The translations under genes and the position numbers were made by a program. From Promethearchaeota archaeon (GTDB taxonomy: Archaea; Asgardarchaeota; Lokiarchaeia; Sigyniarchaeales; SOKP01): a stretch of DNA of 31,300 nt. This document shows, one piece after another, positions 26,859 through 31,300 of the stretch. Below the pieces are notes generated by a model. It saw only the letters and a program-made list of their open reading frames with translations. It ran no database searches and was not told where the DNA came from. Where the stretch lies: contig JBHLPW010000055.1 in the NCBI GenBank assembly GCA_048939015.1, positions 1-31,300 on the forward strand. Direction: 5' to 3'. How positions within the stretch are numbered: the first letter of the stretch is position 1; each line of letters begins with the position of its first letter.

Positions 26859-28013
26859 ATGGAACCAATAAAGGAGGAAGCAATGACTAGTGTCGAAAGA
26901 ATGCTTACTGCTATGGATTTAAAGGAGCCAGATAGAGTTCCAGTTTGGCCCTTAATTGACTTTATGCAAACTAAATACCTTGATCATATCACAGCCCAAG
27001 ATATGCTTAATGATCCTGAAAAAGCTCAAGAAGCGATGGAATGGATTTACCATAAAATGGGAGGTTTTGATATTGCAATGGCAGGAGGAGGGATGTACAT
27101 GCAATATGTAAATCCTTTTCCAGATATGTTTTCTGTATATTATTTAGATTGGCAAATGCCTGGTCGTCAATTAGATCCGAATGTTCCGCCCCAATTATCA
27201 GAACGAGCTTTATCTAACCCATTTCTAAGAGCAGAAGATTATGATAGAATTCTTAAAGAGGGATTCTTTTGGCTTGCTAACTTTAATACTTATAAAATGA
27301 GTGATATGATGAAACTAGGAAAGATAGCGCCCAAGGTGGTTGAATATACAATTAAATGGTGGGAACATTTTCAAGTTCCGACTTTTAATGATGGAGCAGG
27401 CAGTACCGTGTTTGATTTATTATCGACATTTAGAGGTTCAACAAATTTCATGAAAGATATTTATCGTCATAAAGATAAAATTATTGAAATATGTGAGAAA
27501 TATACAGATGATTTTATTCGTATGGGCGAATATGGGATCACTCAATGTCAAGGTAAAACTTTGCTAGTTGGAGCAGTAAGGGCAAGTGCTGATTTTATCT
27601 CAATAAAGCATTTTGAAGAATTATTTTGGCCCTATTTTAAAAAAACTGTTAGTACTTATGTAAAAAAAGGATATATTGTGCAGTTACATATGGATACTGA
27701 TTGGACAGATCGTCTACATTACTTACTCGAATTACCAAAAGGAAAGCTTTATATGCATATGGATGAGAGAACAGATATATTTAAAGCAAAAGAAATCCTT
27801 GGAGGCCACGTCTGTATTGAAGGAAATCTTAAACCATCATTATTTACCATTGGAACACCTAATATGGTTGAAAAACAAGTAAAGAAAATTATCGATGAAT
27901 GTGCAGATGGTGGTGGTCTTATTGTTGGTTCTGAAATTCCAGACAATGCAAAATTAGAAAATCTTAAAGCTATGTGTGATACATGCAAAACTTATGGATT
28001 GTATAGAAAATAA
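26859..28013 (+). CDS. Uroporphyrinogen decarboxylase-superfamily corrinoid-dependent methyltransferase (MtaA/CmuA-like)
   Basis: MTS.ERML.AM...EPDRVPV, FRG..NFMKD, F.ELFWPY, GN..P..L..GT and GGGLIVG..IP motifs; adjacent to the corrinoid gene. The ATG at 26859, after a GAGGTG RBS, is preferred over GTG 26847. Confidence 0.82.
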   Translation: MEPIKEEAMTSVERMLTAMDLKEPDRVPVWPLIDFMQTKYLDHITAQDMLNDPEKAQEAMEWIYHKMGGFDIAMAGGGMYMQYVNPFPDMFSVYYLDWQMPGRQLDPNVPPQLSERALSNPFLRAEDYDRILKEGFFWLANFNTYKMSDMMKLGKIAPKVVEYTIKWWEHFQVPTFNDGAGSTVFDLLSTFRGSTNFMKDIYRHKDKIIEICEKYTDDFIRMGEYGITQCQGKTLLVGAVRASADFISIKHFEELFWPYFKKTVSTYVKKGYIVQLHMDTDWTDRLHYLLELPKGKLYMHMDERTDIFKAKEILGGHVCIEGNLKPSLFTIGTPNMVEKQVKKIIDECADGGGLIVGSEIPDNAKLENLKAMCDTCKTYGLYRK

Positions 28014-28132
28014 TTCATTTTTTTTTTAATTTTAATTATAGGTTAATAAGTATGTTAAAATTAAGCTCTATACAATTTTAAAAGTAAATAAAATTTGAAT
28101 CTGTTATATATTATAAAAATTGAGGGATTTCC

Positions 28133-29452
28133 ATGATAAATGTGTTAATAATTGGACATGGAGCGAGAGAACATGTTATAGGTGAAAGTCTTGTTAAAGG
28201 TGGAGCGGATTTATATTCTTTTATGAGTTTTAAAAATGCTGGATTAGAAGATTTAAGTAAAAAGATTAGAATACACTCTGAAACTGATTTTAAAGAAATC
28301 ATTAACTTTTGTAAAGATACCAAAATTGATTTTGCAGTAATTGGTCCAGAAGCTCCATTAGTTGTAGGAATTGTCGATGCACTTGAAAAAGGTGGTATTC
28401 CATGTATTGGCCCTAAAATAGAAGCCGCTCAATTAGAGGGTTCAAAAGTATTCACCAGAAATTTATTAGAAAAATATAATATAAAGTCGAATGTAAAAAG
28501 TAAGATTTTTGATTCAATGGATGGAATTGAGAGTTATATTAAGGATGTGGGACAGGAAAATCTTGTAGTAAAGCCAGAGGGATTAACAGGAGGTAAAGGA
28601 GTGAAAGTTTATGGGGATCACCTCTTGTCAAAATCAGATATTTTAGATTATTGTATAGAATTAGTGAATAAGAATAGTAGATTTCTTTTGGAAGAGAAAT
28701 GTATAGGTGAAGAATTTACTCTCCAGACTTTTGTTGATGGAAAGAATGTTATTGGTTCTCCCTTAGTTCAAGATCACAAAAGAGCATATGAGGACGATAA
28801 GGGCCCAAATACAGGAGGGATGGGATCCTATTCGATGGCAGATCATTTAATGCCCTTTATTACAAAAGAAGATGTTCTTGAAGCACTTAACGATATGAAA
28901 AAGACAATAGCTGCGGTGAAAGCAGAAACTGGTGTTGAATATAAAGGATTCCTATATGGACAATTCATGAAAACTGCTAATGGGTTAAAATTAATCGAAT
29001 ATAATTCTCGATTTGGTGATCCCGAGGCTATGAATGTTTTACCTTTATTAAAGGGAAATCTCGTTGATATCTGTTGGTCAATTATAAATGGGAACTTAGC
29101 TTCAAATTTTGAATTTGAAAATAAAGCAACAGTGTGCAAATATCTAGCTCCTGAAGGTTATCCAGATAATCCTAAAAGTAATGAACAAGTCAACATAAAT
29201 CAAGAGAAAATTAAAAAATCTGGAGCAAAATATTATTATGCTTCAATATATCGAGAGAAAGGTAAAATTTTCACTACTACTTCAAGAGCAATGGGAGTAT
29301 TAGGGATTGCTGACTCTCTTGAAGAAGCAGAGAGTATTGCAGAAATGGGAGTAAATTGTATTGACGGAAAATTGTTTCACAGAAAAGATGTAGGTACAAG
29401 AAAACTTTTACAGAAACGTATTGATCACATGAATTCACTTCTTAACAAATAA
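28133..29452 (+). CDS. purD: Phosphoribosylamine--glycine ligase
   Basis: GHGAREH, IGPEAPL..G, AAQLEGSK, GLTGGKGV, QDHKRAYEDDKGPNTGGMG and EYNSRFGDPE motifs. Confidence 0.97.
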   Translation: MINVLIIGHGAREHVIGESLVKGGADLYSFMSFKNAGLEDLSKKIRIHSETDFKEIINFCKDTKIDFAVIGPEAPLVVGIVDALEKGGIPCIGPKIEAAQLEGSKVFTRNLLEKYNIKSNVKSKIFDSMDGIESYIKDVGQENLVVKPEGLTGGKGVKVYGDHLLSKSDILDYCIELVNKNSRFLLEEKCIGEEFTLQTFVDGKNVIGSPLVQDHKRAYEDDKGPNTGGMGSYSMADHLMPFITKEDVLEALNDMKKTIAAVKAETGVEYKGFLYGQFMKTANGLKLIEYNSRFGDPEAMNVLPLLKGNLVDICWSIINGNLASNFEFENKATVCKYLAPEGYPDNPKSNEQVNINQEKIKKSGAKYYYASIYREKGKIFTTTSRAMGVLGIADSLEEAESIAEMGVNCIDGKLFHRKDVGTRKLLQKRIDHMNSLLNK

Positions 29453-29546
29453 AAACGGTTTACTTTTTGACAATTTAGCTAACATGTAGTTTATATTCTA
29501 TAATCATCAAATTCTAATAATATCTTAATTAGTTAAATCTTAGACC

Positions 29547-30029
29547 ATGACTTGGCATGAAAAGAACGCTGAATTTAACGCTTTAATAAAACAACTCTTT
29601 CATGATGATGATTGGCAGAAAAGAGCTGAAGCTGCTAGACAATTAGGATTATTAAAGGATGGAAGAGCAACTAATTTATTGTGTACTGCTCTTAGATCTG
29701 AACAAGATCATACTGTAGTTAATAAAATAATAGAAGCATTAGGACGGATTAAAGATGGAAGAGCAACCTTAAGGATTATTGAACAGCTTAAAAATGAACA
29801 AGAAAACGATAATCCTGATAAATTTAGAATTATATATATCATAGAAAGTCTCACAAGAATTAAAGATAAAAGAGCATTAACATACTTAGCACCATTATTA
29901 GATTCATCTGATAAGGAAATTAAAAACCTAACTTTAAATGCTTTTGATATTATTGAACCAAATTGGCAAGAAATAATTGAAAGAGAAAGAAATAAATCAA
30001 TTCAGGAAATTTTTAAAGTAAAAGAATAA
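29547..30029 (+). CDS. HEAT (PBS lyase-like) repeat protein
   Basis: Three to four repeats: RAEAARQLGLLKDGRA, IIEALGRIKDGRA, IIESLTRIKDKRA. Confidence 0.85.
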   Translation: MTWHEKNAEFNALIKQLFHDDDWQKRAEAARQLGLLKDGRATNLLCTALRSEQDHTVVNKIIEALGRIKDGRATLRIIEQLKNEQENDNPDKFRIIYIIESLTRIKDKRALTYLAPLLDSSDKEIKNLTLNAFDIIEPNWQEIIERERNKSIQEIFKVKE

Positions 30030-30128
30030 TGGATTCTTAAATAATAGCTCTTTAATAAGTGAATTTTTAATTTTTTAACTTCTTATATCATAAATTAGTT
30101 TAAAATACTTTTTTTAAGGAAAGATTTT

Positions 30129-31241
30129 TTGAATACAAAGAAATTAGTTTGTTGTTGGGATTTAGAAGGGCCAATTAGCATTATCGATTTTGCAGCTGAA
30201 TTAGGAAAAAACTTGAACAAAAAATTGGGTCTAAATTTACTTGAATATGATATGGCTGAATTTTTTACTATGATATCTAATTATGACGATTATATTATTG
30301 ATGTAACTGGAGTTAAAGAACAACTGAATATTCCCGAATATCAACCAGGAGATACATTGCGTTTAATGGCCCCTTTGTATGCATCTTGCTATACAGACGA
30401 AGAATTAATCAATAAAGCTAGAAGTAACATGGGACTATTGCCAGGATGTAAAGAATTAATGAAAATTTTACATAAAGACTGGGATATATTTGTAATTTCT
30501 ACAAGTTATACTCATTTTGCTCATAATGTCACAAAAGCATTGGAGATTCCAAGAGATCATGTATATTGTACAGATTTTAATATTAAAAACCTGAAGAAAG
30601 GGATAACTAATATTGAAGAGGCAATAAATGTATTGATAAAGAAGATATTTAAGAAATATCTTACTAACGGAAAAGATCTTAATAGTATTATTGAAGATTT
30701 AAATGAATTTTTCTGGTTAGGTTCAGAATCAGATTATATAAAGATTATGAATAAAGTAATAGTTCGTGGGGGCAGAAGAAAGGAATTAGCCGTTGAAGAA
30801 ATATCTAAAAGAACTGGAATATCAATTTCAGAAATGATTGCTTTAGGAGATTCGATTACAGATATTAATATGCTCCATAGATTAAATGATGAAGGAAGTA
30901 CTGCAATTTCATTTAATGGAAATAAGTTTAGTGTTAAACAAGCTAATGTAGCTCTTACTACACCAAATTCTTTAGGGGCTTTACCTATTTTTCAAGAATT
31001 TAAAGACCTGGATAATTTCTTAGAGGTCTGGGAATTAAATTTTCTGAAATTTGAGAATGATCCTAATAACATTCCTAATGATTTGATTTCTAACCAGTGT
31101 AAAGAATTATTCCTAAAATACAATTTTATACCTGAGATTATTAATCTAAAAAATAAATCAAATGAACAAATAAAAGCTATAATTTTGAGACAGGAAAAGA
31201 TGAGGAAATTTATGAGGGGATGGGCAAGCGATTTGGGTTAA
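30129..31241 (+). CDS. HAD-superfamily protein, COG4030/EhaR-like
   Basis: WDLEGPIS (DxxG), ISNYDD, YQPGDTLRL, ISTSY, GGRRK, GDSITD and SFNGN motifs; TTG start. Confidence 0.78.
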   Translation: MNTKKLVCCWDLEGPISIIDFAAELGKNLNKKLGLNLLEYDMAEFFTMISNYDDYIIDVTGVKEQLNIPEYQPGDTLRLMAPLYASCYTDEELINKARSNMGLLPGCKELMKILHKDWDIFVISTSYTHFAHNVTKALEIPRDHVYCTDFNIKNLKKGITNIEEAINVLIKKIFKKYLTNGKDLNSIIEDLNEFFWLGSESDYIKIMNKVIVRGGRRKELAVEEISKRTGISISEMIALGDSITDINMLHRLNDEGSTAISFNGNKFSVKQANVALTTPNSLGALPIFQEFKDLDNFLEVWELNFLKFENDPNNIPNDLISNQCKELFLKYNFIPEIINLKNKSNEQIKAIILRQEKMRKFMRGWASDLG

Positions 31242-31300
31242 GCTAAAAATAATTGATTTTTTTTTTATCATTCTATTGTTGTACAAATTAACTTTAATGA

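Noticed and set aside
26213-28013. Evidence for methylotrophic methanogenesis, or a hemE gene
   Set aside because: There are no mcr/mtr genes in the window and the CoM-activating Cys ligands are absent. The corrinoid context argues against a true uroporphyrinogen decarboxylase.
167-29139. Short alternative-frame or antisense ORFs in the track (e.g. 167-469, 517-780, 7869-8084, 9260-9550, 18934-19203, 26563-26883, 28843-29139)
   Set aside because: They overlap well-supported genes, have no recognisable motifs and look like shadow ORFs.
29594-29790. Repeated gatggaagagcaac sequence
   Set aside because: Explained by HEAT-repeat duplication (KDGRAT twice) within the CDS.

Overview
AT-rich, gene-dense archaeal chromosomal window, most likely from an Asgard archaeon of the Lokiarchaeia/Promethearchaeota type. 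This assignment is inferred from an IPGY-TM-basic C-terminal sorting signal, longin-like domains fused to TPR and small-GTPase domains, LRR and HEAT proteins, a C4C4 RING-like tail, GGTGA/AGGAGA ribosome-binding sites and oligo-T terminators. There are about 34 CDS and no rRNA, tRNA, CRISPR array or recognisable transposase. Housekeeping and metabolic genes are purD, a trmJ-like methyltransferase, an M32 carboxypeptidase, a CDP-alcohol phosphatidyltransferase, an ABC exporter, an MFS transporter, a corrinoid protein plus URO-D-family methyltransferase, and a COG4030-like HAD protein. The best candidates for undescribed systems are: (1) a 13.4-19.2 kb cluster combining a longin-(pseudo)GTPase-helical bundle-Pro-rich protein, a HEAT/coiled-coil protein, a longin-like Zn-ribbon protein, a Cys-cluster protein and an AbrB-like/helical protein, which resembles a proto-trafficking or adaptor module; (2) a V4R/ATC-hydrolase-fold domain fused to a C4C4 RING with TFIIH-p44-like spacing; (3) a divergent RHH-wHTH / cyclin(TFB)-fold gene pair separated by three stacked palindromes; (4) a Loki-CTERM surface protein head-to-head with a CPBP intramembrane protease; and (5) an unannotated 49-aa ORF leading a corrinoid methyltransferase operon. 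All domain calls come from motif recognition by eye; no database search was run.
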